DNA from: an uncultured delta proteobacterium
GTDB taxonomy: Bacteria > Myxococcota_A > Polyangia > Polyangiales > Polyangiaceae
Reading direction: 5' to 3'
Assembly (NCBI GenBank): GCA_963806225.1
Contig: CAWDXG010000004.1
Location: forward strand, 3,168,001-3,232,000
DNA length: 64,000 nucleotides
Made by a program: the position numbers and the translations under genes. Shown piece by piece: positions 10,417 through 19,536 of this stretch. Below the pieces are notes generated by a model, which was given only the letters and a program-made list of their open reading frames with translations, had not been told where the DNA came from and made no database searches. Position 1 is the stretch's first letter, and each line of letters opens with the position of its first letter.

Positions 10417-11243
10417 CCCTGGACCTCGGCGTGCGCGAGCTCCACCCAGCGCCCGAGCACCTCGGTGAACGCCTGGCGGGTGCGCCGCGCGGTCTCCTCG
10501 ACTTCCTTGTGGTCGAGCAGCGCGCCCGACAGCCCGGCGGCGAGGTTCGTGATGCAGCTCATGGCGCCGACGCGCACCCTACGGTGACGCAGCGCGATCA
10601 CCTCCGGCACCGTGCTCATGCCCACCGCGTCCGCACCTAGAGTGGCGAGCATGCGGATCTCGGCCGGAGTCTCGTAGCTGGGCCCGAGCATGGCGGCGTA
10701 CACGCCCTCGGCGAGCTTCACCGACACGTCCGCCGCGGCGCGACGCGCGGCGTCACACAGCGCTTCGTCGTAGGCCCGCGTCATGTCCGGAAAGCGCGGC
10801 CCCGCCGCGTCGTCGTTCGGCCCCACCAGCGGGTTCCGCGCCATCAGGTTCAGGTGATCGGTGATGAGCATCAGATCGCCGGCGGCGAGCCGCTCCGAGA
10901 TACCTCCCGCGGCGTTGGTGATCAGCACCGCGCGGCAACCGAGCGCCGCCAGCAGCCGCACGCCGAACACGACGCGGTCGAGCGGGTGCCCTTCGTAGGT
11001 GTGCACGCGGCCCTGGAGGCAGGCGACCTCCGCGCTTCCGACGCGCCCCAGACACAGGTTGCCGGCATGCCCCACGACCGCCGAGCGCGGCATGTACGGC
11101 ACCTCGGCGTACGGGACCTTCAGGAGATCGTCGAGCCCATCTGCGAATGCGCCCAGGCCCGAACCCAGGACCAGGCCGATGGCTGGCTGGGTGGCGCGGA
11201 GCTTTCTCACGTGGGCGGCGGCTGCGTCGAGCTGCTCGGTCAT
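10413..11243 (-). CDS. punA: Purine-nucleoside phosphorylase (trimeric type)
   Basis: LVLGSGLG, GRVHTYEG, TNAAGG, GPSYETPAE and GADAVGMSTVPE motifs; GAGGAG RBS. Confidence 0.95.
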   Translation of the reverse strand: MTEQLDAAAAHVRKLRATQPAIGLVLGSGLGAFADGLDDLLKVPYAEVPYMPRSAVVGHAGNLCLGRVGSAEVACLQGRVHTYEGHPLDRVVFGVRLLAALGCRAVLITNAAGGISERLAAGDLMLITDHLNLMARNPLVGPNDDAAGPRFPDMTRAYDEALCDAARRAAADVSVKLAEGVYAAMLGPSYETPAEIRMLATLGADAVGMSTVPEVIALRHRRVRVGAMSCITNLAAGLSGALLDHKEVEETARRTRQAFTEVLGRWVELAHAEVQG

Positions 11244-11421
11244 TCTCCTCCATCGGCAGCAAGGCGCTGCCTCGCGCGAGCGTCACCCGAGCGCGAGGCC
11301 GCGAAAAGGGGAAATCGGGCGCATCGATGGGGCTGGCAGAGCCCGCGGGCGTGCTATGGTCCGCGGCTCTTCGGCGAAAGAAGCCCCCGCGTGGGGCTCA
11401 TCATCCGTTCAGCAGAGGCCC

Positions 11422-11754
11422 ATGGCAAGCAAGTTCGACCAGTTCCTGAACGACAACAAGATCGACCCCCGGCGGCTCCTCGCGACCTCGCACCGCATCG
11501 AGCAACTGCACCGCGAAGACCGCGAGCTCAAGCTCAAGAAGAAGCAAGGCAAGCTCGAGGCCGCCGGCGAGGGCGAGGAGCAGAAGCCGCCGCCGAAGCC
11601 GCGTTCGGGCCGGCCGGTGACCCGGCGACTGCTACAGGACGTGTCGGCCGGCAAGCCCGTCTCCGGCGCCGCCAAGACCCGGCTTCTGAGGGCAGTCAAC
11701 CACGTGCTCCAGCAGAAGAAGAAGGACCCGGTCGAGCTGAAGGCCCTGTTCTAG
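11422..11754 (+). CDS. Small basic hypothetical protein (possible HTH with insertion)
   Basis: Clean GC3-biased ORF MASKFDQFL...ELKALF with GAGG upstream. Confidence 0.75.
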   Translation: MASKFDQFLNDNKIDPRRLLATSHRIEQLHREDRELKLKKKQGKLEAAGEGEEQKPPPKPRSGRPVTRRLLQDVSAGKPVSGAAKTRLLRAVNHVLQQKKKDPVELKALF

Positions 11755-11831
11755 GGCCACCTGGCTCGCAGCGCGGGCTCCACCCGCCCTGGAACTGAAA
11801 GTCACGGGCCCTCCGGGCATCTGACCCAGGG

Positions 11832-12548
11832 ATGCCCGTTGCTGTCGCTGCTGCCGACCGCCTGTCGTGGAACCCTGTTTCCGGCGAGAACGGGTCCCGC
11901 GCAAGCTCACGGAGTAGACTGGTGGTCGTGTCCGATGGCGACGATCTCGTAGAGCGCTGCCGCGCCGGGGACGACGCGGCATTCCGCGAGCTTTTCAGGC
12001 AACACCGCAGCGACGTCGCGCGGCTGGTACACCGCATGCTCGGTCCCAGCAGCGACGTCGATGACGTGATCCAGGAGGTCTTCCTCCAGGTCCACCGCAG
12101 CGTCCGCGACTTCCGTGGGCAAGCACGTTTCTCCACGTGGCTCTACCGCGTCACGGTCAACGTCGTCTTGATGCACCGGCGTGCCGCCCGCAGCCGTCCG
12201 GTGTTCTCGGAGGTTCCCGAGGGCTTCTCGATCTCCGACGGGCGCGCACTGCCGGATGACCAGGTCGCACGCCGCGCTCGCATGCGCGCATTCGAGCGGC
12301 TGCTCGAGCGTCTGAGCGACAAGAAGCGCACGGTCTTCATCCTCCACGAGCTGGAAGGCATGGCACCCGCCGATATCGCGACCATCGTCGGGGCGCCGGT
12401 GCTCACGGTACGCACGCGCCTCTTCTACGCACGCCGCGAGCTGGCCGAGATGCTGCGCGAGGAGCCCACACTGTCCGCGCTGGCAGACGACATGGCGGCG
12501 CCGCGCCAGAAGAAATCCGCCCGCCCCCGCAACAAGGAGGCGACCTGA
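11832..12548 (+). CDS. ECF RNA polymerase sigma factor
   Basis: Region 2 (DVDDVIQEVF, FRGQARFSTWLYRV) and region 4 (TVRTRLFYAR). True start may be GTG 11922/11928. Confidence 0.93.
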   Translation: MPVAVAAADRLSWNPVSGENGSRASSRSRLVVVSDGDDLVERCRAGDDAAFRELFRQHRSDVARLVHRMLGPSSDVDDVIQEVFLQVHRSVRDFRGQARFSTWLYRVTVNVVLMHRRAARSRPVFSEVPEGFSISDGRALPDDQVARRARMRAFERLLERLSDKKRTVFILHELEGMAPADIATIVGAPVLTVRTRLFYARRELAEMLREEPTLSALADDMAAPRQKKSARPRNKEAT

Positions 12549-13693
12549 TGGCCCGTGACGACATCGACGTGCTGCGCCAGCTCATCCGCGAAAAGCGCGG
12601 CGAGCCGCCTCCGGAAGTCGACTGGGATCACGTCGAGCAACAGCTGATGTTGAAGGTCGAAAGCGACGCTCCAGCACCGCTTCCGCGTTCCTCGCCCTGG
12701 CCCGCGCTGGCTCTGGTGGCTGCAGCCGCCGCCGTGGCGATCGCCGGCATCGGCCTGCTCAATCGCTCCTCCCACCAGGTCGCCGCTACCAGCGCTCCCG
12801 CCGCACCGAAGGCGCCGGTGGCCAGGGTGCTGCGCGCACCGTCCCATCGCATCTTCGGCGTCTCGCAGACCAAGCTGTCCGGCGACAAGCTCGCCGTGGG
12901 CGACCGGGTCGTGGCGGGCGCGCAGGCGGTGCGGGTCGAGCACGCGGGCCGCGCGACGTGGACGCTTTCGCCGGGCGGCCGCGCGACCGTCGCCCTCGTG
13001 GGTCGCTATCTGACGGTGCGACTCGAGACCGGATCGGTGACGGCCGACGTGGTGCCCAGCCCCCGCCCCGAGTCGTTCGCCGTGGAAGTGAAGGGCACGC
13101 GCGTTGCTGTGCACGGGACGCACTTCACGGTGCAGCGCCTGGGCGATCACGCGAAGGTGACGCTCGAGCGCGGCGTGGTCGCCGTCGGACCGACCAGCGA
13201 GCGCGGCCACACCCAGGGCTGGCTGATGACGGCTCCGGCCACCGGCACCTTCTCGCTCGACGGCGCCAGCACCGGCCACGTCGAACAGGGCAAGCCGGCT
13301 CCGGAAGGAACCGCGGCAGCCCGCAAGCCCGCGCGGGCCCCCGCCGCTGCGCCCACGCCCGCACCAGCCGCGCCGGCACAGGCCACCGGGGCGCCCACTC
13401 CGCTGCCGATCCAGCCGACCGACGACGAGCTCACGCGCGGCGCCGAACAGGTGGCGGCGACCGTCAGGAGCTGCTTCGCGAAGCACACCGAGTCCGACCA
13501 GGGCATGCGCATCAGCGCCCATTCCAAGCTGTCCATCGACATCGCCCCCGGCGGCAACATCCAGACGCTGCATTTCAATCCGCCGCTGGCCCCGTCGGTC
13601 CAGCGCTGCAGTGCCGGCGTCATGCAGTCGGTACACTTCGCCGCGTCGAAACAGGGCGCCACCGTCACGCGGACGCTGAAGCTACAGCGATAG
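12548..13693 (+). CDS. FecR-domain anti-sigma factor with Pro/Ala linker and C-terminal periplasmic domain
   Basis: Translationally coupled to the ECF gene; single TM helix; FAVEVKGTRVAVHGTHFTV FecR motif. Confidence 0.8.
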   Translation: MARDDIDVLRQLIREKRGEPPPEVDWDHVEQQLMLKVESDAPAPLPRSSPWPALALVAAAAAVAIAGIGLLNRSSHQVAATSAPAAPKAPVARVLRAPSHRIFGVSQTKLSGDKLAVGDRVVAGAQAVRVEHAGRATWTLSPGGRATVALVGRYLTVRLETGSVTADVVPSPRPESFAVEVKGTRVAVHGTHFTVQRLGDHAKVTLERGVVAVGPTSERGHTQGWLMTAPATGTFSLDGASTGHVEQGKPAPEGTAAARKPARAPAAAPTPAPAAPAQATGAPTPLPIQPTDDELTRGAEQVAATVRSCFAKHTESDQGMRISAHSKLSIDIAPGGNIQTLHFNPPLAPSVQRCSAGVMQSVHFAASKQGATVTRTLKLQR

Positions 13694-13701
13694 AGCAACT
13701 C

Positions 13702-13740
13702 TGTGGCATTTTGCTACAGTTAGTGTAGCGAAATGCCACA
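13702..13740. repeat. AT-rich 17-bp inverted repeat / double palindrome between convergent genes (copy 1)
   Basis: TGTGGCATTTTGCTACA-gttag-TGTAGCGAAATGCCACA; arms complementary at 16/17 positions. Confidence 0.9.
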
Positions 13741-13742
13741 TA

Positions 13743-14156
13743 TCAGTCCTCGCGCCGCATGACCACGGCTCGTCCGTCTCCGAGCATCCAGCGGATCGAG
13801 CGATCGCTGTCGAGCTTGAAGTGAGCGTGGTCGACCGTGCCGTCCCTGCGATGGATGGCGAGCTTTACGTCGCGCTGGTGCTCGCCGACCTTGTCCACCT
13901 CGTAGGTCCCGCTGCGGGGCTCTTCGGCCGGGATCGCCACCGTGATGGTGGAACCAGCGAACTCCATGCTGGTTCCCTTGGCCCACCCGGTGGCTGCCGC
14001 CACGTCGGCCTGGTCGAAGTTCTCGACGCTGTCGCCGAGCCAGCGTCCTTCGAGCTTGCCGCGGACCGGATTTCCGCATCCCCCCATCCCGATCGCGAGG
14101 GCGGCCAGCATCAGGGCTCCCGCCAGACCGTTCGCTTTCAGCTTGGGTTGTGTCAT
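13743..14156 (-). CDS. Hypothetical lipoprotein (lipocalin-like beta pattern)
   Basis: Hydrophobic signal ending MGGC; KLEGRW and GTY motifs. Confidence 0.7.
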   Translation of the reverse strand: MTQPKLKANGLAGALMLAALAIGMGGCGNPVRGKLEGRWLGDSVENFDQADVAAATGWAKGTSMEFAGSTITVAIPAEEPRSGTYEVDKVGEHQRDVKLAIHRRDGTVDHAHFKLDSDRSIRWMLGDGRAVVMRRED

Positions 14157-14285
14157 TCGGGATAATGGTAGGATACACACCTACACCTGCCCACAAATTG
14201 GCACCTGATGCCGGCCCGAGCGCCAGCCGCGCGGTAGTCGGGCCAGGATCCAGCTTTTTTGCGGTAGGTTCTGGGTTCCTTTCGC

Positions 14286-14936
14286 ATGCAGCCCACCACG
14301 CTGACCCTGCCGCAGCTCCGCCGCGTCATCCAGAACACCTGGGAAGAGATCACCGCCTGGTTGATCGCCAAGCCGCGCATCCTCGCGCTGCCCCACCCGG
14401 AACAGCAGATCCTGTTCGAGATCGGGTGCCGGCTACGCGACGCCCTGCGCAGCCTCTCCAGCAACGCCGCGTGGGACCGGATGTACTTCGACGGCTCGAG
14501 CTCGACGCTGGGCGCCCACGCGATCGCGGACGCCGTGGGGCGCCATCCGCCGATCTATCTCGACACCCGTCAGCTCTTCCAGGTGCAGAGCAACCGACCC
14601 CGCGCCGTGAACGAGCCGGACGTGGCCGTGGCGGTGCACGTGCTGCGCTCCTGCAACGAGATCCTCGACCTGGACGACGACGGGCGGCCCCGCCACCAGT
14701 CGTGGCTACCGACGAACCTGCGCGCGCAGGGCTGGCTCCTGGAAGAGCACGTGCGGCAGCTCACCGATCTCTCGGGCGAAGCATGTGATGGCTTCCTGTT
14801 CGTGATCTACAGCAACGAGGCGCGTCGCCGCACCTCGGTGGATCTGCGCGAGGTCGCATCGTGGGCGTCGTGGCACCAGCCCACCGAGACGTTCTGGTGG
14901 GCCTCGCGCCACTTCCGCGCCAAGGGCACGCGCTGA
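14286..14936 (+). CDS. Hypothetical protein
   Basis: 216-aa ORF with coding-like codon bias filling the gap between neighbours. Confidence 0.75.
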   Translation: MQPTTLTLPQLRRVIQNTWEEITAWLIAKPRILALPHPEQQILFEIGCRLRDALRSLSSNAAWDRMYFDGSSSTLGAHAIADAVGRHPPIYLDTRQLFQVQSNRPRAVNEPDVAVAVHVLRSCNEILDLDDDGRPRHQSWLPTNLRAQGWLLEEHVRQLTDLSGEACDGFLFVIYSNEARRRTSVDLREVASWASWHQPTETFWWASRHFRAKGTR

Positions 14937-14963
14937 GCGCGAGAAGGCCCGCGCCGCTGCCCG

Positions 14964-15937
14964 CTACTTGCAGCAGCGCACGCCGAGGCTGTAGTCGAAG
15001 TACTGGGGCGGATGCGTGCTGATGCGCGATTCGCAGCCGTCGCGCGTGCCGCGCGAGTAGAAGCCGCCCAGGAACGCACCGTCGGGATCGTCGACCCACT
15101 CGTCGAGATTGCCGACCATGTCGTAGACCGCGTCGTCGCCCCATCGACTCGGCAGGCGGGCGTCTGCCCCGTCTTGCGGAGCAGCGGCTCGCCGTGGAAC
15201 GTGACCTCGTTCAGCCGCGGGTCGAGGTGCCCGATCGAGGCATTCCCGTGCAGGATGAACGCGGGGTGAGACGCACGAAACACGTTGCAGGCGCCCTGCT
15301 GGTACGTGTCGCCATAGGGAAACGGGCGGTCCTGCTCGCCACGGCAGGCCGTCACCCACTCGCCGGGCGTGCACAGCCGCTTGCCCGCCGCCTCGCACGC
15401 CTCGCGAGCCAGCTTCTGGTCGAGGTAGCCGTTCGGCAGCACGTTCCGGCGCGAGACCGCCTTCGGCATGAAGTGGCCGTGGAGCTCCCAGTCGGGCGGC
15501 GCCGGCACCGGCATCTGCCGGGCGCTCGGCGGTCCGTCGCTCAACCGCTTTCTCTGCCAGCGCTCGTACGACGCGCGCACCTGCGACGGCGTCGGGTGAT
15601 AGTACGGCGAGAGCGTCCGGCCGCTGTCCGTATCGACGAGCGAGTCCTCGTAGCGGTCGATGCAGAAGCGGCCGTGGATGTCGACCATGTCCGGCGGGCA
15701 GCGCGACGGCCCCGCGCCCCAGGGTCCGGGAAGGATCTCGTGCCCCGGTGCCGCCGGCGGAGCGATGTCGCCACCATCCGGCAGGTACAGAAGCTGCGGC
15801 ACCGCCGGCCCCGGCGCGGCCGCAACGCTACTTTCGCTGCTCGCGGCGCTGGAGTGCGCCTTGTGCGGCGGCTCCTTGTGCTCGCAGCCCGCCGTGACGA
15901 GCAGAGCCAGCACGAACACGAAACCAGCGCGGAGCAT
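14964..15937 (-). CDS. SUMF1/FGE-sulfatase-domain lipoprotein; frameshift near 15150
   Basis: TAGC lipobox, CPPDMV, FCIDRYE, GKRLCT..EW..AC and FPYG, then YDMVGNLDEWV and GVRCC in a shifted frame. Confidence 0.85.
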
Positions 15938-16037
15938 CGACTCCGAGCGTAGAAGAGCCACCCCGATGCGCAAACAAAGCCGGGCCGCGCCGCCCAACGC
16001 TCCCCCGGAAGCCCGCAGTCGGGAGCCCGACCGGAGC

Positions 16038-16259
16038 CTACTTGCCGCGGTACACGATGAGGCCGTGCGTCAGATCGTAAGGCGAAACCGCCACGCGGAC
16101 GCGGTCGCCGGGCAGCACGCGGATGTGGTGGCGTCGCATACGGCCCGAAAGCTGAGCGCGCACCACTGCGCCGCCCTGGTCCACCTTGATGGTGTACTGG
16201 CCGCCGCCGAGAGCGTCCTGAATGACGCCCTCCATCTCGAGAAGATCACCTTTGCTCAT
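16038..16259 (-). CDS. infA: Translation initiation factor IF-1
   Basis: 73 aa; LSGRMRRHHIRVLPGDRVRVAVSPYDLTHGLIVYR. Confidence 0.95.
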   Translation of the reverse strand: MSKGDLLEMEGVIQDALGGGQYTIKVDQGGAVVRAQLSGRMRRHHIRVLPGDRVRVAVSPYDLTHGLIVYRGK

Positions 16260-16385
16260 ACGCTTGTGCTGCTCGTTTCTGCAGGTTAAGGCTCGCGGAA
16301 GCTGACACAACCCCTGCCCTATTGCAAGATGCGAGCCTCCCGCCGCGGTCGTGTCACTGTTCGAGCCGGGAGTCACGTCGTAGCA

Positions 16386-17087
16386 ATGCCATCCGCCGTG
16401 TTTCCGGCCACCCTGTTCGACTACAACGGCGTGCTCGTCGACGACGAGGCGGTGCACCTGGCTGCCTTCCAGGCCGCCCTGGCGCCCCTCGGCATCCAGC
16501 TGTCCGAAGCCGACTACTGGGCTCGCTACCTCGGCTTCGACGACGTGGGGGCATTCCGGGCCATCCTGACCGATGCGGGACGCCCGCCCACCGACCAGCA
16601 GGTCCGCGAGCTGGTCGAGGCGAAGAAGCCGCTGTACCTGGAGCGAGCGCGGGGCTCGCTGTCGGCCTTCGAGGGCGCGCGCGAGCTTGTCGAGCAGCGC
16701 GCCGCCGCCGGGCCGGTCGGCATCGTGTCCGGCGCGCTCCGGAGCGAGATCGAGCTGGGGCTCGCGGTGCTCGGCGTCGCAGACCGCGTGACCGTGATCA
16801 TCTCCGCCGACGACACTACCGAGTCGAAGCCGAGCCCGCAGGGCTACCGGATGGGACAGGCCGCGCTGGCGCAGCTTGCCGGCGAGGACGTCGCTCGCGA
16901 GGCGTTGGTCGTCGAGGACTCGATCGCCGGCATCCAGGCGGCGCGCGCGGCGGGGCTCGCCTGCGTCGCGATCACCCATAGCTACCCGGCGGCGGAGCTC
17001 GCCGCGGCGGATCTCGTCGTCGAGCGACTTCAGGACATCACCGAGGCCGCGCTCGCCGAGCTGTACGGAGCGCGCCATGCGCGTTGA
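16386..17087 (+). CDS. HAD-superfamily phosphatase
   Basis: LFDYNGVLVDDE, KPSPQGY and VVEDSIAGIQAA motifs. Confidence 0.9.
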   Translation: MPSAVFPATLFDYNGVLVDDEAVHLAAFQAALAPLGIQLSEADYWARYLGFDDVGAFRAILTDAGRPPTDQQVRELVEAKKPLYLERARGSLSAFEGARELVEQRAAAGPVGIVSGALRSEIELGLAVLGVADRVTVIISADDTTESKPSPQGYRMGQAALAQLAGEDVAREALVVEDSIAGIQAARAAGLACVAITHSYPAAELAAADLVVERLQDITEAALAELYGARHAR

Positions 17088-18234
17088 AGCGGCGCTCGCG
17101 CTCGCCGCGCTTCTCCTTGCCGGTGCGGCCCAGGCGACGCCACGTTCGCTACCGCCCGGCGCGAACGGCTGGCGCGACTCGGAGCTCCGCAGCATCCGCG
17201 GCGTCACCGTCGGCCCCATCGAGAGCGCGCTCCACCCCGGCAAGGGCTACGGCAGCGAGCCGTGCGCGCGCAGCATGCACGAGATCCGGCAGATGGGCGG
17301 CAACTGGGTCAGCCTCACGCCCTTCGGCCGCGTCCGGGACCTCACGCCGAGCGGCGTGTCGATGACGTTCGAGGCGCCGTACCGGGAGAATCGCGTGGCC
17401 GTCGCACGCGCCGTCGAGCAGGCCCACCACGAGGGGCTGCGCGTGATGCTCGTCCCTCACCTGTGGGTCGAGTCGGGCGGGTGGCGCGCGAAGATCGATC
17501 CCGGCGACGACGCAGCCTGGGCGCGCTGGGCCGCGAGCTACCGAGCGTTCTTGATGAACTGGGCCGAAGTCGCACGCGACGCAGGCGTCGACATGCTCGC
17601 CGTCGGCGTCGAGCTCCGCAGCTGGGTCACCACCACGCACGCTCCGAGCTTCATCGACATCATCCACGACGTGCGCGGTGTGTATCCGGGCCTGCTCACC
17701 TACGCCGCCAACTGGGATGACGTCGACGACACCGTCATCCTGGGCGACCTGGACGTGATCGGCATCAACGCCTTCTACCCGCTCGCCGACAAGAAAGGCG
17801 CCGACTACCCGACGCTGGTCGCAGGCGGTCACAAGGTGGCCGAGAAAGTCGGTCGCCTCGCTGCGAGCTGGGACAAGCCGGTGATGTTCACCGAGTTCGG
17901 GTACACCACGCGGCCCGATCCCGCCGTGCGCCCGTGGGAGTGGCCCGACAAGATGAAACACGTCGTGGTCGACCAACGCGCCCAGGCGCGCGCCTACGCC
18001 GCGCTGCTCCAGGCCTTCGTCGACAAGCCCTGGTTCGCCGGCTTCTTCGTGTGGCGCTTGTACGCCGACCCCGACGACATGTCGCAGGAAGCCGAATGGG
18101 GCTTTTCTCCACGCGGAAAGGAAGCCGGCCTGGTCCTGCGCGACGCCTTCCACGCCTGGTGGGCCGCCGACGGCCCCCGCCCCATCGGCAGCGGGATCGG
18201 CAAGGTCTCGGCCTGGGTCGACAGGCCATTCTGA
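17077..18234 (+). CDS. Secreted glycoside hydrolase, GH113-like TIM barrel
   Basis: Signal peptide; VGVEL, LTYAANWD, IGINAFYPL and FTEFGY motifs. Confidence 0.8.
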   Translation: MRVEAALALAALLLAGAAQATPRSLPPGANGWRDSELRSIRGVTVGPIESALHPGKGYGSEPCARSMHEIRQMGGNWVSLTPFGRVRDLTPSGVSMTFEAPYRENRVAVARAVEQAHHEGLRVMLVPHLWVESGGWRAKIDPGDDAAWARWAASYRAFLMNWAEVARDAGVDMLAVGVELRSWVTTTHAPSFIDIIHDVRGVYPGLLTYAANWDDVDDTVILGDLDVIGINAFYPLADKKGADYPTLVAGGHKVAEKVGRLAASWDKPVMFTEFGYTTRPDPAVRPWEWPDKMKHVVVDQRAQARAYAALLQAFVDKPWFAGFFVWRLYADPDDMSQEAEWGFSPRGKEAGLVLRDAFHAWWAADGPRPIGSGIGKVSAWVDRPF

Positions 18235-18274
18235 ACGGCGGTGCGGCCGGGGGCGGGCTTCTTGGCCCGGACGC

Positions 18275-18862
18275 CTAGTAGCCCGCCAGACAACGCTGGG
18301 CCTGGCAGGTCCACTTGGGGACAGGCCGGTCCCAGCCGAAGGCCGCCGAGTCGAGAACTTCGCACGCCGGGCACGCCGTACCATCCGGGCACGTGCAAGC
18401 CATCTCGCAGGAGCCACTGTCGCACGTGAGCCCTGCGGCGCAGTCGGCATCGACCTGGCAGGTCGCGTGGACGCTCCCCTCGCAGGTCTGGTTGACCGGG
18501 TCGCAGGCTCGACACGCCTTGCGCTCGGCGACGTAGCCGTCGAAGCAGTCGAGCTCGGTGGTGCCGTCGCAGGCGAACGCTTCCGCCCCCGCCGGACACG
18601 CTGGATTGCGCTTCGGCTCGAGCGTGCACGACCCGTGGACCCCGGACACCCTGCAGACACCCGGAGAACACGCCGCCTTGTTGGACCAGGTGGCGCTGCT
18701 GCCCTCGTGGTAGTGCGGATCGCCGATCCCGCCGGACGGGCCACCCGGGTGTCCTGTGCAGTACTGTAGCTCCGTCCCGTCGCACCTCCAGGTGTCCACC
18801 GCGCACGAGCTGCCCCCGCCGCAGCTCGTCATGGCGAACGACAGCACCGCCAAAAGCGCCAT
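18275..18862 (-). CDS. Cys-rich lipoprotein
   Basis: MTSC lipobox-like site; many regularly spaced Cys. Start uncertain. Confidence 0.7.
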   Translation of the reverse strand: MALLAVLSFAMTSCGGGSSCAVDTWRCDGTELQYCTGHPGGPSGGIGDPHYHEGSSATWSNKAACSPGVCRVSGVHGSCTLEPKRNPACPAGAEAFACDGTTELDCFDGYVAERKACRACDPVNQTCEGSVHATCQVDADCAAGLTCDSGSCEMACTCPDGTACPACEVLDSAAFGWDRPVPKWTCQAQRCLAGY

Positions 18863-18953
18863 CGAGCACAAGGCGCGCAGCGCCGTCTTGCGCCGGAAGC
18901 GCGAGTGACGCGGGGGGAACGGCCCGTGCAGCAGCAACGTCATGACGCGGCGA

Positions 18954-19373
18954 CTAGTCGCGCCGCGGCGCCGGCGGTGGAACACCCCGGAGCGAGCGGG
19001 CGGCGAGCTGCAGCACGCCATCCCTGGATTCCTCGAGAATTCGTTTGGCGTCGTCGGCGGAGTAGCCGAGCAGCTTGGCGAGGGAGTCGAGCATGCTGTG
19101 CTCCTCCGCAGCTTCGCTGCCGTCGATCCGCATGACGATGCCGGCGTTGCCGAGCAGCACCTCGCGGTCGTCCTTGGAAAGCTGGTCGACGGGAATGTCG
19201 TCGAGGCTGCGCTCGGTCTTCGCGTACTCGCGCAGCTCCGCGGCGTCGTCCGGGGTCGCGTCGAAGGAGGTGAGCAGATGCTCGAGCAGCTCCGACTCCG
19301 CGCTCTCCACCTTGCCGTCAGCCCATGCGACCGCGATCAGGGACTTCACGATGATCTTGTCTTCCGGGTTCAT
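18954..19373 (-). CDS. TerB-family protein
   Basis: LIAVAWADGKVESAE and IDGSEAAEE duplicated TerB motifs. Confidence 0.8.
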   Translation of the reverse strand: MNPEDKIIVKSLIAVAWADGKVESAESELLEHLLTSFDATPDDAAELREYAKTERSLDDIPVDQLSKDDREVLLGNAGIVMRIDGSEAAEEHSMLDSLAKLLGYSADDAKRILEESRDGVLQLAARSLRGVPPPAPRRD

Positions 19374-19536
19374 AGCTCCGGAGAGTAGCCGGGAAGCGAC
19401 GCGAAGGGGACGCTTCTCGGCACCGCCCCGCGCGGCGCGCGATCTGGCTGAAATCAGGGCGGAACCCGAGGCCATGGCCGCTTTGCCCCGCGGTGCGCAA
19501 CGTGCCTACCCAGCCGTCATGGGGGAGGGCGTACTC

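Noticed and set aside
11791..11896. GGAACT/GGAACC ECF-type -35 elements upstream of the ECF gene
   Set aside because: Matching -10 elements are weak and the gene start is ambiguous; cannot be supported from sequence alone.
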